This document shows, piece by piece, positions 38,233-49,339 of a stretch of 64,000 nucleotides of DNA. Position numbers and translations under genes: made by a program. How positions within the stretch are numbered: the stretch's first letter is position 1; each line of letters begins with the position of its first letter. This DNA comes from Candidatus Cloacimonadota bacterium (GTDB taxonomy: Bacteria; Cloacimonadota; Cloacimonadia; G963667145): NCBI GenBank assembly GCA_963676615.1, contig OY781092.1, positions 480,001 to 544,000 on the forward strand, written 5' to 3'. The notes under the pieces were generated by a model that worked only from the letters and a program-made list of their open reading frames with translations, was not told the origin of the DNA and searched no databases.

Positions 38233-39999
38233 GTGAATTTGGATTTTTTGGGAGATAATAAGCGTAGCCATTATTGTGGCAACTTGGATGCGAGTCTTGT
38301 CGGTCGCCAAGTGAGTTTGTGTGGCTGGGTGCATCGCCGTCGCGATTTGGGCAAGTTGATTTTTGTGCAACTGCGGGATGTTTCTGGGATTGTGCAGGTG
38401 GTTTTCGATTCGGGAGCGTTTGACGATTTTGCCAAAGTGGAGGCTTTACGCGCGGAGTATGTGCTGTGGGTGAAGGGTGTCGTGCAAAAAAAAGGCGACA
38501 GTGGACAAGAGGTGGAGGTGCTCGCTAGCGATATTTTGCTTTTGAATAATGCGCCAGAGCTGCCAGTGCAGGTGAACGAGGGGACGATGGCGGACGAGGA
38601 TATCAGATTGAAATATCGGTATTTAGACCTGCGGCGTCCAGCTTTGCAGAACATTATCAAAACTCGCTCGAAGATTATCAGTGGCATTCGCAGATTTTTG
38701 GACGGAGAAGGTTTTTTTGAGATTGAGACTCCGATTTTGATGAAAAGCACGCCTGAGGGCGCGCGGGATTATCTGGTGCCGTCTCGTTTGCAAAATGGTA
38801 AATTTTTTGCTTTGCCGCAATCTCCGCAGATTTACAAGCAACTTTTGATGATTTCGGGCTTTGACAAATATTATCAGATAGCTAAATGCTTTCGGGACGA
38901 GGATTTACGAGCGGATCGGCAACCTGAGTTTACCCAGCTGGATATGGAGATGAGTTTTGTGACGCAGGAAGATATTTTTGCGATTAACCAGCGTCTTTTT
39001 CAATATCTTTTCAAAGAGATTTTGGGCGTGGATTTGTCTGAATTTCCTAGACTTACCTACAATCAAGCGATGGAAGATTATGGTAGTGATAAGCCCGATT
39101 TGCGTTTTGGGATGAAGCTTAAAAATTTGAGCGAAGTTTTGCAAGATACTGAGTTTAAAGTGTTTGCGTCGGCTTTGGCAGATGGCGGATCGGTGCGATG
39201 CGTGGTTGCTCCTGGCTGTGGGTCGTTCTCTCGCAAGCAGATAGACGAGTTCGTGGCAGTGGCTAAACACTTGGGGGGCAAGGGACTTGCGCACACTAAG
39301 GTTGAGGGCGGAAAACTTGAGGGTGGTGTGGCAAAGTTTTTGAGTGACGCTGAGCAGAAAGCGATTATTAAGACTTCTGGCGCGAAAGACGGCGATTTGA
39401 TTTTTTATGCAAGTGATAGCAATAGCGTCGTTTACAAAGTGCTGGATGGTGTGCGCAGAGCGCTGGGCAAGCAGCTTGGGCTTTGCGATGATGAGCAGTT
39501 TGCGTTTGCGTGGATTACAGATTTCCCGCTTTTTGAGTATGACCAAGAAAATGGTCGCTGGGTAGCGTGCCACCATATGTTCACCAATCCGAAAGAGGAA
39601 CATCTGAAATATTTTGAGAACGAAGCCGATTATGGCAAAATTCAGGGAATGCTCTACGATCTTGTTTGCAACGGAATGGAGATTAGCTCGGGCAGCATCC
39701 GTTGTCATCGGGCTGATATTCAAAAGAAAATTTTCGACCTTTTGGGTTTTGAGCAAGAGGAGCTGGACGAGAAGTTTGGGTTTTTCTTGGAGGCGCTAAA
39801 GTATGGCACACCGCCGCACGGCGGCATCGCTCCGGGAATTGACAGACTGGTGATGATTATGACCAAGGCGGCTTCTATCCGCGATGTGATAGCTTTTCCC
39901 AAAACTTTGAAAGCGGTCGATTTGATGAGTCAGTCGCCTTCGCAGGTGGATATCTCGCAACTGGAAGAGCTGGGTATAGAGATTAAAAAGAATAAATAA
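38233..39999 (+). CDS. aspS: Aspartate--tRNA ligase
   Basis: RSHYCG, YRYLDLRR, STPEGARDYLVP, FRDEDLRADRQPEFTQ, PPHGGIAPGIDR; GTG 38233 has an AGGGG RBS. Confidence 0.97.
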   Translation: MNLDFLGDNKRSHYCGNLDASLVGRQVSLCGWVHRRRDLGKLIFVQLRDVSGIVQVVFDSGAFDDFAKVEALRAEYVLWVKGVVQKKGDSGQEVEVLASDILLLNNAPELPVQVNEGTMADEDIRLKYRYLDLRRPALQNIIKTRSKIISGIRRFLDGEGFFEIETPILMKSTPEGARDYLVPSRLQNGKFFALPQSPQIYKQLLMISGFDKYYQIAKCFRDEDLRADRQPEFTQLDMEMSFVTQEDIFAINQRLFQYLFKEILGVDLSEFPRLTYNQAMEDYGSDKPDLRFGMKLKNLSEVLQDTEFKVFASALADGGSVRCVVAPGCGSFSRKQIDEFVAVAKHLGGKGLAHTKVEGGKLEGGVAKFLSDAEQKAIIKTSGAKDGDLIFYASDSNSVVYKVLDGVRRALGKQLGLCDDEQFAFAWITDFPLFEYDQENGRWVACHHMFTNPKEEHLKYFENEADYGKIQGMLYDLVCNGMEISSGSIRCHRADIQKKIFDLLGFEQEELDEKFGFFLEALKYGTPPHGGIAPGIDRLVMIMTKAASIRDVIAFPKTLKAVDLMSQSPSQVDISQLEELGIEIKKNK

Positions 40000-40037
40000 A
40001 TTTCACCAGAGGAAAAAATTTAAGGTGAAATTAAGGA

Positions 40038-40223
40038 GTGGAAATGGAATATATTGTAGAAAAAAACTTGTTTGTGACTAAGTTGGAAAATTTTTTGAAC
40101 GAAAAGGCGCAAGAGGGCTACAGGCTTTGCACAATCGTTCCTGGCGAGGTCGAAAAAGATTATAAAGGAATGGGGAACGATCGCGTGGGAATGGTGAATG
40201 TGGTAATGTCTAGGGAGAATTGA
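40038..40223 (+). CDS. Small protein, DUF4177-like
   Basis: AAGGAG RBS; EY..LENFLNEKAQEGYRL..VMSRE pattern. Confidence 0.6.
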   Translation: MEMEYIVEKNLFVTKLENFLNEKAQEGYRLCTIVPGEVEKDYKGMGNDRVGMVNVVMSREN

Positions 40224-41086
40224 TGTCGGCGAAAGTAGTGGCTACGGTTGATGGATTTGAGATTACGCAAGCTGATTTGGATAGGGTGACGAAAGCTTTT
40301 GCGTATCAAGAGAAGAAGAAACCAGAGGAGATCGAGCCAGAGCAGGTGCGGGTTTTGCTGGATCGCTTGGTGCAAAATAGGTTGCTTTTTGAAGAAGGTG
40401 GCAAGCGAAATCTGAAAGTTGAGGATGCGGAGATTGAGCGGGAGCTTTCGGTTTACTTTTCGCGCTTTGGCGGAAAGGATAAGTTCGAAGAACTTTTGGG
40501 CAAAGAGGGCGTGAGCTTGGATAAATTCAGGCAAGATTTGCAAAAAGATTTGCTCATTCACAAAACTATCGATTCTGAGGTTGAGGCAAAGGCGGAAGTT
40601 AGCGACGCCGATGTAGCAGATTATTACGAGAAAAACAAAGAGAAGATGGTGATTCCAGAGAAAGTTGGAGCCAGCCATATTTTGTTTGGCACGCAAAATT
40701 GCAGTGAGCAAGAGGCGAAGTCTAAGGCGGAGAAAGTGGTGGCAGAGCTGAAAGACGGCGCTAGTTTTCAGCAAAAGGCGCGTGAGCATTCGGATTGTCC
40801 GTCCAAAGAAAAAGGCGGCTCGCTGGGCGCTTTTGGCAAAGGTCAGATGGTGCCAGAGTTCGAGAAAGCCGTTTTTGAGATGGAAGTTGGGCAGATTAGC
40901 GATCCTGTAAAGACGCAGTTTGGCTATCACATAATCAAAAAAGATTCGCAGACCGCACGGCAAGAGCTGGATTTGGAGTCGGTGAAATTGCATATTGCCA
41001 AGGAGCTGAAGATGGCTCAGGGCAAGGAGATTGTGGACGCTTTGACGCAAGAGCTTCGGGCTAAGGCGAAGATTGAGTATCTGTAG
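40223..41086 (+). CDS. Parvulin (PpiC)-type PPIase with SurA/PrsA-like N-domain
   Basis: VVATVDG..IT, ASHIL, SDCPSKEKGGSLG..GQMVPEFE, PVKTQFGYHII. Confidence 0.92.
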   Translation: MSAKVVATVDGFEITQADLDRVTKAFAYQEKKKPEEIEPEQVRVLLDRLVQNRLLFEEGGKRNLKVEDAEIERELSVYFSRFGGKDKFEELLGKEGVSLDKFRQDLQKDLLIHKTIDSEVEAKAEVSDADVADYYEKNKEKMVIPEKVGASHILFGTQNCSEQEAKSKAEKVVAELKDGASFQQKAREHSDCPSKEKGGSLGAFGKGQMVPEFEKAVFEMEVGQISDPVKTQFGYHIIKKDSQTARQELDLESVKLHIAKELKMAQGKEIVDALTQELRAKAKIEYL

Positions 41087-41092
41087 GCGGCG

Positions 41093-42247
41093 ATGACGCA
41101 GTCGGAAAAATTGCAAGAGATTGCCAAAAAAGTTGCTGCTCGTCAAAGTTCTGCCGATTTTGCAGCCGACTCTTTGCACACAAAAAGATTGAAAGAGGAG
41201 AGTGGACACTCGTTTCGCTCTCCCTTTGCTTTGGATCGCGACCGCATCATCTACAGCGGTGCGTATCGTCGTTATCAGGGGAAGACGCAGGTTTTTTCGT
41301 TTACCAATTTTTTTGACGAAGAGATGAGCAATCGCAGCCTGCACACCACCTATGTTTCGCAGATTGCACGGACGATTGCCAAGATGCTGAATCTTGATCA
41401 GGAGCTTGTAGAAGCTATCGCTTTGGGGCACGATTTGGGGCACGCTCCTTTTGGTCATGCTGGCGAAAAAGCTCTCTCAAAATGTTCGCAAAATCGCGGC
41501 TTGGGCTATTTTCATCACAATGTGCAGTCGCTACGGGTAGTGGACAAAATCGCCAAAAAGGGTCAGGGGCTAAATCTGACATTTGCTGTTCGCGACGGCA
41601 TAATCTCGCACGATGGCGAGGTGCATTCCGAAAAAATTTCGCCGCAAAAAAACAAGACGGAACTCGATTTGCAAAAGTATGTGCAAGCCAAAAAAAGCGG
41701 CGAGCCGAGCAATATGATGCCCGCAACTTTGGAAGGTTGCGTGGTGCGAATGGCGGACACGATTGCCTACATCGGTCAGGATGTCGAGGACGCCATCAGG
41801 CTTGGTCTGATACGGCGTGATGATTTGCCGCAGGAAGTGAAGCTTCATTTAGGCTCAACCAACTCTCAAATTGTTGACACTTTGATAAAAAGCGTCGTTC
41901 TCGGTTCTTGGGAAAAAGATTTCATCGCTTTTGCGGGCGACACCGCCGACTACCTCAAAATCCTCAAAGATTTTAACTACAAAAATATCTATTTGCGCTC
42001 GGATTTTGATTTACAACGGAAGATAAATTTTGGCGTAAATATCTTGTTTGAAAAGTATTTAGACGATTTGCAAAACGAGAAAAAAGAGTCTCGAATTTTT
42101 GAGCATTTTTTGAATAGCAAAGGCGAAAATTATCTGAGATCGGTCGAGTCCAAGAGCGACCCGAGAATTGTAATCGATTTTATCGCCACGATGACCGACC
42201 GCTATTTCAACCAGGAGCTGAAAAACTATTTGGTTTTGCAAGACTAA
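41093..42247 (+). CDS. dgt: dGTP triphosphohydrolase-like HD protein
   Basis: RSPFALDRDRII, KTQVF, LGHDLGHAPFGHAGE, ADTIAY..DVEDA, DFIATMTD. Confidence 0.9.
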   Translation: MTQSEKLQEIAKKVAARQSSADFAADSLHTKRLKEESGHSFRSPFALDRDRIIYSGAYRRYQGKTQVFSFTNFFDEEMSNRSLHTTYVSQIARTIAKMLNLDQELVEAIALGHDLGHAPFGHAGEKALSKCSQNRGLGYFHHNVQSLRVVDKIAKKGQGLNLTFAVRDGIISHDGEVHSEKISPQKNKTELDLQKYVQAKKSGEPSNMMPATLEGCVVRMADTIAYIGQDVEDAIRLGLIRRDDLPQEVKLHLGSTNSQIVDTLIKSVVLGSWEKDFIAFAGDTADYLKILKDFNYKNIYLRSDFDLQRKINFGVNILFEKYLDDLQNEKKESRIFEHFLNSKGENYLRSVESKSDPRIVIDFIATMTDRYFNQELKNYLVLQD

Positions 42248-42253
42248 AATTTT

Positions 42254-42955
42254 ATGACGAATTTGAAAAATTTTGAAAAATTGCCCGCTCATGTGGGAAT
42301 CATTATGGACGGCAACGGTAGATGGGCGAAAAAGAGGTTTTTGCCCAGAAGCATGGGACACAAAGCGGGGGCAAAAGCGGTGCGAAAAGCGGTGGAGTTT
42401 GCCGCTCGTGTGGGGCTAGAGTGCCTGACGCTCTACGCTTTTTCGTCCGAAAATTGGAAAAGACCTCAAGAAGAGATCGACTCGTTGATGGATTTGCTGC
42501 TCAAATTTTTGAAGAAAGAGTTGCCCAATTTGCAAAAGCAAAATATCGCTTTGCGGATTATCGGCGATTTGGGGCGCTTTCCGCAGCATCTGCAGGCGGA
42601 GCTGGGAAAAGCTATGCGAGCCACCGAAAATAACGACGGGATGGTGCTTTGCATCGCCCTTGGCTATGGTGGTCAGGACGAGATTTTGTTTGCGGTTAAC
42701 AAACTTGTGGAGCAAGGCATAAAAAAAATCGACAAGCAAGATTTGGAAGCGAATTTGTTTACCGCGGGGCTGCCAGAGCTAGATTTGCTCATTCGCACCA
42801 GCGGCGAGCAGCGGATTTCCAACTTTTTGCTTTGGCAATCCGCATACAGCGAATTTTGGTTCACGCAGGTTTTGTGGCCAGATTTTGACGAAAAAGAGTT
42901 TGAAAAAGCGCTGGTGGAGTTTGCGAGCAGACACCGCCGATATGGAGATGTATAG
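42254..42955 (+). CDS. uppS: Undecaprenyl diphosphate synthase
   Basis: [40 protein letters not shown]. Confidence 0.97.
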   Translation: MTNLKNFEKLPAHVGIIMDGNGRWAKKRFLPRSMGHKAGAKAVRKAVEFAARVGLECLTLYAFSSENWKRPQEEIDSLMDLLLKFLKKELPNLQKQNIALRIIGDLGRFPQHLQAELGKAMRATENNDGMVLCIALGYGGQDEILFAVNKLVEQGIKKIDKQDLEANLFTAGLPELDLLIRTSGEQRISNFLLWQSAYSEFWFTQVLWPDFDEKEFEKALVEFASRHRRYGDV

Positions 42956-42957
42956 TT

Positions 42958-43752
42958 GTGAATAATTTTATGAAACGGGTGTTGTTGGGGCTAATCGGCG
43001 TGCCGATTTTTTTGTATATACTTTGGCAAGGCGGCTATTTGCTGCTGGCGATGCTGGCGCTGATGGTTTTGCTTGGAAGTTTGGAATTTTACAAAATGAT
43101 CGCTCAAAAAGGCGTCAAAATCCCCAAAATTTTTGTCGTGTTTAATCTGCTGATTTTCCTGAGTTTTTCGCTGTCGCTGCACTATTGGACGGGATTTTTC
43201 TTTTTGTGTCTTTTTGCAGCTCTTGGCGTTTACAATCTTAGTCAAGATTTGCAAGGAACGATAAATCGCTTGGCAATAGGGATTTTTGCCGCGATTTATT
43301 TGGGACTGTTTTTGGGCTGCGGCTTCAAAATTTGGCAAATCGAGCCTTTTTTGCTTATCGTGGTTTTGGTGATGGTGTGGACTGCCGACACCTTTGCTTA
43401 TCTGGTCGGAATGAGTCTTGGCAGGCACCGAGGCATCGTTAAAGCTAGCCCAAAGAAGTCTGTGGAAGGTTTTTTGGGTGGTTTTGGTTTCTGCGTTCTT
43501 GCTGGCTATATTTTCACGCTTTTTATCCCCCAACTCGATACCAATTTTGTTTTGCTGGTGGCTGTTTTCACTGGAGTTTTTGCGCAGCTGGGCGACCTTT
43601 TTGCGTCTAGCTTCAAAAGAGATTGCGGGGTGAAAGACAGCGGCAATCTTTTACCTGGTCACGGCGGAATTATCGACAGATTCGACAGCCTGCTTTTGGT
43701 CTCGCCAGTGGTGTATCTGCTGGCAAGCTGGTTCTACGAGCTTAGCTGGTAG
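42958..43752 (+). CDS. cdsA: Phosphatidate cytidylyltransferase
   Basis: [35 protein letters not shown]. Confidence 0.96.
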   Translation: MNNFMKRVLLGLIGVPIFLYILWQGGYLLLAMLALMVLLGSLEFYKMIAQKGVKIPKIFVVFNLLIFLSFSLSLHYWTGFFFLCLFAALGVYNLSQDLQGTINRLAIGIFAAIYLGLFLGCGFKIWQIEPFLLIVVLVMVWTADTFAYLVGMSLGRHRGIVKASPKKSVEGFLGGFGFCVLAGYIFTLFIPQLDTNFVLLVAVFTGVFAQLGDLFASSFKRDCGVKDSGNLLPGHGGIIDRFDSLLLVSPVVYLLASWFYELSW

Positions 43753-43778
43753 TTTTTTTCACCCCAAAATAAAGAAAA

Positions 43779-44546
43779 ATGCACAAATTTAAAAAACGGT
43801 TTGGTCAAAATTTTTTGCAAGATTTGTCGGTAATCGACAAAATTGTGGAGAGCGCGAATATCGAGCAAGGGCAGAAGGTGTGGGAGATTGGTGGTGGTCA
43901 AGGCGTTTTGACACAGGCGCTTTTGAAAGCTGGGGCAGAGCTTACCGTTTTCGAGATAGATTACGATTTGCAGGAGTTTTTGCAAAAAAAGTTCGGGACG
44001 CAAATTACGCTGGTCAAAGGCGATATCTTGAAGCAAAATTGGCGCGAGATGTGCCCGCAAAACCTGAAGATTGTGGCGAATTTGCCCTACAATATCACTT
44101 CGCCGTTTTTGTTTAAGGTGGTTGAAAATATTGACGCTTTTGCGCAGCTGACGGTGATGATTCAAAAAGAGGTGGCGCAGCGGATTGTCGCCGAAGCGGG
44201 CAGCAAAAAGTATGGGCGGCTTAGTCTGAAGATGCAATTTTATTTTCAGGTGCAAAAAGTTTTGGATGTAAATAAAGGGGCGTTTTTTCCGCGCCCAAAT
44301 GTTGATTCGGCGGTCATTCAGGCTGTGCCCAGGCAAAATCGACCGCAGCTTGAGGACGAAAAACTTTTTTTTCAGGTGATAGATTTGGCTTTTGCCAACC
44401 GGCGCAAGATGTTGCGGGTGAATTTGAAGCAGCTGCTTCCCAAAGAGAAGTTGGAAAAATTGGATTTTGATTTGACTTTGCGTGGGGAAAAATTGACTGA
44501 AGCCGATTTTGTGAACTTGACTGCGCAAATCAAAGAGGTTATCTAA
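43779..44546 (+). CDS. rsmA: 16S rRNA m6,2A1518/1519 dimethyltransferase
   Basis: KKRFGQNFL, EIGGGQG, VANLPYNIT, QKEVAQR, FFPRPNVDSAV. Confidence 0.96.
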   Translation: MHKFKKRFGQNFLQDLSVIDKIVESANIEQGQKVWEIGGGQGVLTQALLKAGAELTVFEIDYDLQEFLQKKFGTQITLVKGDILKQNWREMCPQNLKIVANLPYNITSPFLFKVVENIDAFAQLTVMIQKEVAQRIVAEAGSKKYGRLSLKMQFYFQVQKVLDVNKGAFFPRPNVDSAVIQAVPRQNRPQLEDEKLFFQVIDLAFANRRKMLRVNLKQLLPKEKLEKLDFDLTLRGEKLTEADFVNLTAQIKEVI

Positions 44547-44573
44547 AATTTTGCAAATCGGTAAGGAGATGAG

Positions 44574-47375
44574 ATGAGAAAATTGGTTTTGTGTTTTAGC
44601 GTTTTTGTGGCGTTTTCGCTGTTTGCGGGGCAAAAGCAAGATTTGCAGTTTATTTTGGGTCTGTGTTCTGACCAAAATTATTCGCTGGCGAAGACGGAGC
44701 TGGAGAAGTTTTTGCAAAAATATCCCAAGAGCGAGAATAGCGCCAAAGCGAGCTATCTGCTGGCGGAGGTTTATTTTAACTTGCACGACTACGACAAAGC
44801 TTTGGGAAAATACGACGAGGTCGAAAAACTTTTGCCAGAGTTCGACGACAAAGTTTGCCTGGGGAAAGCCAAGTGCTACTACTATTTGGGCGAGTTTGCC
44901 AAAGCTAAATCGCTGCTCAGCGGCTACTCCTATCAGAGCAAAAAGGAGCAGGTTTACTACTACTTGGCTTTGATTGCCTATCGGCGCAAAGATTACATCC
45001 AATGCGTTGTGCAGTGCGAGAACTCGATGCGAGCGAAGCCCACGGGATACGCAAGAGCGCAGCTTGTGCTGGGGTATCTGGCTCTGAAATCTCCCAAAAA
45101 GGCGAAAAAAGAGGTGGAGGAGTCGACGGGCGATGCGGAGTATGGCAAAAATCTGCTCAACTATTTGTCGTATCTTTTGGGCGCAGAAGATTATGCGTCG
45201 GTGATAGAGATGAGTGCGGATCGGGTGGCACTGAGCCAAAAAGAGAAGCGCAGTTACACGACGATTTTGGGAATTGCGGAGTATAATCTGGGAAAATATC
45301 CGCGGGCGATAGAGCTTTTGCAAAATTTGGCAAATCCGCGGGCGCAGTTTTATCTCGGTTTGTCGTTTTTGGCAGAGGGAAAAAAAGAGCAGGCGAAGAA
45401 AATTTTTGTTGAGCAAGAAAGCTCTTCGAATCCAGAAATTGCCGCCAATAGTAGCTTTTACCTTGCCAAAATGAAGTCCGAAGCGTCTCCGATGAACGCG
45501 ATTTACGATTTGAAAAAGTTTGTGCAAGAGCATCCCTCGCACAGATTTTCGGGCTCGGCTTTCTATCTGATTGGCTGGAACTATTTCAGTTTGCAAAAGT
45601 TCAAAAAGGCGGAATTTTACTTAAAAAAAGCGCTGTCGCAAGATTTGGAGGCGAGTTTGAACGCCGACGCTCTGTTTTTGTATGCCGAAAGTTTGTTCGC
45701 TCTTGGGAATTTAAAATCGGCGATTGCCGCCTATCAAAACTATCTTGCCAAAGACCAAAAATTTGCCGATCAGGCGCACTACAAGCTGGCTGTGTGCTAC
45801 TATCGGCTCGACAATTTTCCAAAAGCGCAGGACGAATTTTTGGAGGTTGCCAGAAATTATCCGAAATCTTCCAAAGTTGCCAGTAGCTATTTTTATTTGG
45901 GAGAAATCGAGTTTTCCAAGAAAAATTTTGCGCAATCCAGCGACTATTTCCTCAAATCTTTGCAACGAGAAAAGTCGGAAAGCGTTTATTCTAGGCTGGC
46001 TGCCGTGAGCTACAAGCTGGGGAATTTGGGAAAAGCGGCGGACTATCTGGCGAAAGTCAAAAAGGTAAATCTTTACGAAAAATATATTTTGCAGGGCGAT
46101 ATCGATTTTGATCAGCAAAAGCTAAATTCGGCGCTAGAAAATTATCAGAAGGCGCTGAAAGCCAAAAACGCCAACAAAACTGAGGCGCAAATCAGGATTG
46201 CCTCGGTCTATTATAACGCCCAAGATTACGACAAGGCGCTGCAAATTTATCAAGATTTGTACAAAAAGCAAGATTTGCCCGACTATTTGCTGAACATCGC
46301 CAACATCTATTTCGCCAAAGAGGATTACAAAAATGCTGTCAATTTTTTCGTGATGTATCAGACCAAAACTCAGAGCGAAAATCCCGATTTGTATTTTTCG
46401 ATTGCTAACTGCTACTACAACAGCGGAAATTATTTGCAGTCAATAAGTTACTACAAAAAGCTGATTTTCCCCAAAAGCAAACTTTTGCAAGAGGGGCTAG
46501 AGGGTTTGGTTTGGGCTGGTGTGTGCGATTCGGCAATCGATGTGCAAAAACAGCTGGCGCATCTTTTTGCAAAATATAGCGATAAAAGCTTCAGACTCAA
46601 GGTGTTACAAAAAGAGATCGACTATTTTCAGGATGCCAATTTGCCTGCGCAGGCGGTGAAATCTTGCCAAAAATATCTTGGTATAAGTCCGCAAGATTTG
46701 CAGGTGAATTTGCTACTTGCCAAAAATTATATCGCTTTGGGCGAGTATAAAAAGGCGGACAATGTTTACAGCGTGTGCAAGACCAGCGACCCGCAGGTTA
46801 TTTTGAATTGGGCAACGCTGAAGTCCCGCCAAAACGACACTTTGGGCGCTTTGGCAAAGTTGCAATCGGGAGCTTTGATGAGCGAAAATCAGCAAGTTTG
46901 GCTGGAGTATTTGCGATTTTTGTCGATGACCAAAAGCCCGATTTTTGAGAGCAAGTTTGCGCAATTTGCCACTTTTGCCAACCAAGTTTATCTGCAGCAG
47001 GCGCAGATTTACAAAGTTGAGTATCTTCTCAAAAACAAAGATTTTAAAGAGGCTAACGCCCTTATTAGTCAGCTGTTTAACAGCAAACACGAAAAAATCG
47101 TGAGTATGGCTGGCTACCTTTCGGGACTTTTGTTTTATGAGCAAAAAGATTACCAAAAGGCGGTTGTGGAGTTTTTGAAGACTGCCTACCTTTTTCCAGA
47201 TAATCAGGAGCTGGCGCAGAAGGCGAATATTAAGGCTATTTATTGCTATTACTACCTCAAACAGCCGGCAAAAGCCAAACAGATTTTTGATAAAACAAAA
47301 AATAGCTTGACTGAAAAAATGCTTAAAAAAATAACTTTTATGTTGGGGTTAACTTATGAAAAAGATAATATTTAG
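44574..47375 (+). CDS. Large secreted TPR protein (933 aa)
   Basis: Signal peptide; continuous Y/A/L-rich TPR repeats. Confidence 0.85.
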   Translation: MRKLVLCFSVFVAFSLFAGQKQDLQFILGLCSDQNYSLAKTELEKFLQKYPKSENSAKASYLLAEVYFNLHDYDKALGKYDEVEKLLPEFDDKVCLGKAKCYYYLGEFAKAKSLLSGYSYQSKKEQVYYYLALIAYRRKDYIQCVVQCENSMRAKPTGYARAQLVLGYLALKSPKKAKKEVEESTGDAEYGKNLLNYLSYLLGAEDYASVIEMSADRVALSQKEKRSYTTILGIAEYNLGKYPRAIELLQNLANPRAQFYLGLSFLAEGKKEQAKKIFVEQESSSNPEIAANSSFYLAKMKSEASPMNAIYDLKKFVQEHPSHRFSGSAFYLIGWNYFSLQKFKKAEFYLKKALSQDLEASLNADALFLYAESLFALGNLKSAIAAYQNYLAKDQKFADQAHYKLAVCYYRLDNFPKAQDEFLEVARNYPKSSKVASSYFYLGEIEFSKKNFAQSSDYFLKSLQREKSESVYSRLAAVSYKLGNLGKAADYLAKVKKVNLYEKYILQGDIDFDQQKLNSALENYQKALKAKNANKTEAQIRIASVYYNAQDYDKALQIYQDLYKKQDLPDYLLNIANIYFAKEDYKNAVNFFVMYQTKTQSENPDLYFSIANCYYNSGNYLQSISYYKKLIFPKSKLLQEGLEGLVWAGVCDSAIDVQKQLAHLFAKYSDKSFRLKVLQKEIDYFQDANLPAQAVKSCQKYLGISPQDLQVNLLLAKNYIALGEYKKADNVYSVCKTSDPQVILNWATLKSRQNDTLGALAKLQSGALMSENQQVWLEYLRFLSMTKSPIFESKFAQFATFANQVYLQQAQIYKVEYLLKNKDFKEANALISQLFNSKHEKIVSMAGYLSGLLFYEQKDYQKAVVEFLKTAYLFPDNQELAQKANIKAIYCYYYLKQPAKAKQIFDKTKNSLTEKMLKKITFMLGLTYEKDNI

Positions 47376-48060
47376 CGTTTTATTTTTTTGTTTGTTTGCA
47401 ATAGGATTTGCACAAAATTCTGCCGAAAAAGCGGGTGAGTACTACACTCAAAAGAAGTATCAAGCGGCTTTGCAGGAGTATCTTAGCTTGCCAAAAAACG
47501 CCGACATCTACTACAATATTGGCAACTGTTACTATCGTCTTGGCGAGCTGGGCAAAGCGGTTTTGTATTATCGCAGGGCGCAGCGGCTGAATCCTAGCTC
47601 TTGGCAGATTGAGAAAAATTTGCAAATTGCGCAAAAAAGCTTGCTGGACAAACCGGCGGAGCTGACCAAAATGGAAAAGCTGTGGGAGAGTGTGAATATT
47701 AAGCTGTCGATGAATGTGCTGGCGGCGATTATTTTTGTGTGTTTGTTTTTGGCTGGAATATTTTGGATTGTTGGAGTTTACCGACCCAGCGGGAAATATT
47801 TTGCGTTTTTCTTTTTGTTTTTGTGCCTTGGAGTCGGCTATTTCACTTATCAAAAACAGGCGATTATGGCAAAAAAAGCGGTGCTTATTGCTGATGTGGC
47901 ACAAGGATTTAGCGGTCCTGGCAGCGACAATAAAAAGGTTTTCACAATTCATCAGGGCAATAGTTTTGCGGTGTTGGAGCAAGACGGACAGTGGAGCAAA
48001 ATCAAGCTGGAACAAGGTTTTGTGGGTTGGATAAAATCGGAAAAATTGGAAAAAATATAA
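47356..48060 (+). CDS. TPR + TM + SH3b protein (BatE-like)
   Basis: YYNIGNCYYRLGELGKAVLYYRRA..LNP; two TM helices; C-terminal GPG..WSKIKL..GWI. Confidence 0.85.
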   Translation: MKKIIFSVLFFCLFAIGFAQNSAEKAGEYYTQKKYQAALQEYLSLPKNADIYYNIGNCYYRLGELGKAVLYYRRAQRLNPSSWQIEKNLQIAQKSLLDKPAELTKMEKLWESVNIKLSMNVLAAIIFVCLFLAGIFWIVGVYRPSGKYFAFFFLFLCLGVGYFTYQKQAIMAKKAVLIADVAQGFSGPGSDNKKVFTIHQGNSFAVLEQDGQWSKIKLEQGFVGWIKSEKLEKI

Positions 48061-48079
48061 TTGGTTGAAGGAGATTCAA

Positions 48080-49318
48080 ATGGCAAAAATCAGAGGAATC
48101 AGAGGGGTTAGACCCGCTCTGGACAAAGTTGATAAGGTGGCGTCGCGCCCATACGATGTGCTCAATTCTGCAGAGGCGAGAGTTGAGGCGAAGGGCAATC
48201 CGTATAGCTTTTTGCATGTGGTGAAACCGGAGATTGATTTGCCAGAGGGCACAGATCTTTATTCTGAGCCGGTTTATCAAAAAGGTCGCGAAAATCTTTA
48301 TCGTTTTTTGGAAGAGGGCACGCTCATTCGTGACGAAAAGCCGACGATGTATGTTTACAAACTGGTTTGGCGCAATGTGAGCCAAGTCGGCTTGGTTGTA
48401 GGCGCTTCGGTGGAAGATTACGAAAACGACATCATCAAAAAACACGAGAAGACTCGCTCGGACAAAGAGGCTGATCGAGTTAAGCATGTTGAGACTCAAA
48501 ACGCAAACGCTGGACCAATCTTTTTGACCTATCGCGATCAAGCGCAGGTCGATTCGATTGTCGCTAAAGTTATGGAAGACAAACCGTTATACGATTTTGA
48601 TTGCGGAGACGGCGTGCAACACACACTTTGGAAAATCGACGATGCCGGCACTGTTCAGACGCTTACGGACTGTTTTGCGAAAGTTGACTATCTTTATGTT
48701 GCCGATGGTCACCACCGCTCGGCTAGTGCCGCAATCGTTGGCGCTCGCAAAAGAGCGGCTAATCCAAATCACACAGGAGACGAGGGTTACAACTATTTCT
48801 TGTCCGTGCTTTTTCCTGCCAGTCATTTGTATATTATGGACTACAACAGAATTGTGCAAGACCTTAACGGGCTTTCTCAGGAGCAATTTTTGGCAGAAGT
48901 TGAGAAAAAATTTACGGTGGAAAAACTTAGCGGCGAGCAAAAGCCGAGCAAGTTGCACGAATTTTCGATGTATCTTGGCGGTAGCTGGTATAAGCTGACG
49001 GCAAAGCCAGAGATTATCGACAATAGCAGCGTTATCGGCGTTTTGGACACAGCAATTTTACAAGACAATTTGCTGGCTCCTCTGCTTGATATTCAAGACC
49101 CTAAAACCAGCAACAGAATCGATTTTGTCGGTGGCATCAGAGGTCTTGGCGAGCTTTCGGGCAGAGTGGACAAAGGCGAGGCTGTGGCTTTTGCTCTCTA
49201 TCCGACATCTATCAAGCAACTTATGGACATCGCCGATGCAGGTAAAATTATGCCTCCAAAATCTACTTGGTTCGAGCCAAAGCTCAGATCTGGCTTGGTT
49301 GTGAACATCATTGATTAG
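48080..49318 (+). CDS. DUF1015 family protein
   Basis: RPYDV, IKKHEKTR, YVADGHHR, MPPKSTWFEPKLRSGL. Confidence 0.92.
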   Translation: MAKIRGIRGVRPALDKVDKVASRPYDVLNSAEARVEAKGNPYSFLHVVKPEIDLPEGTDLYSEPVYQKGRENLYRFLEEGTLIRDEKPTMYVYKLVWRNVSQVGLVVGASVEDYENDIIKKHEKTRSDKEADRVKHVETQNANAGPIFLTYRDQAQVDSIVAKVMEDKPLYDFDCGDGVQHTLWKIDDAGTVQTLTDCFAKVDYLYVADGHHRSASAAIVGARKRAANPNHTGDEGYNYFLSVLFPASHLYIMDYNRIVQDLNGLSQEQFLAEVEKKFTVEKLSGEQKPSKLHEFSMYLGGSWYKLTAKPEIIDNSSVIGVLDTAILQDNLLAPLLDIQDPKTSNRIDFVGGIRGLGELSGRVDKGEAVAFALYPTSIKQLMDIADAGKIMPPKSTWFEPKLRSGLVVNIID

Positions 49319-49339
49319 TTAGCAGAAAATAGTAATCAT

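Noticed and set aside
43734..45596. 620-aa minus-strand ORF, and similar long antisense ORFs at 26912-28291, 40160-41458, 23858-25024 and 1897-2940
   Set aside because: They lie fully opposite well-supported genes and have no recognisable motifs; these are antisense shadows
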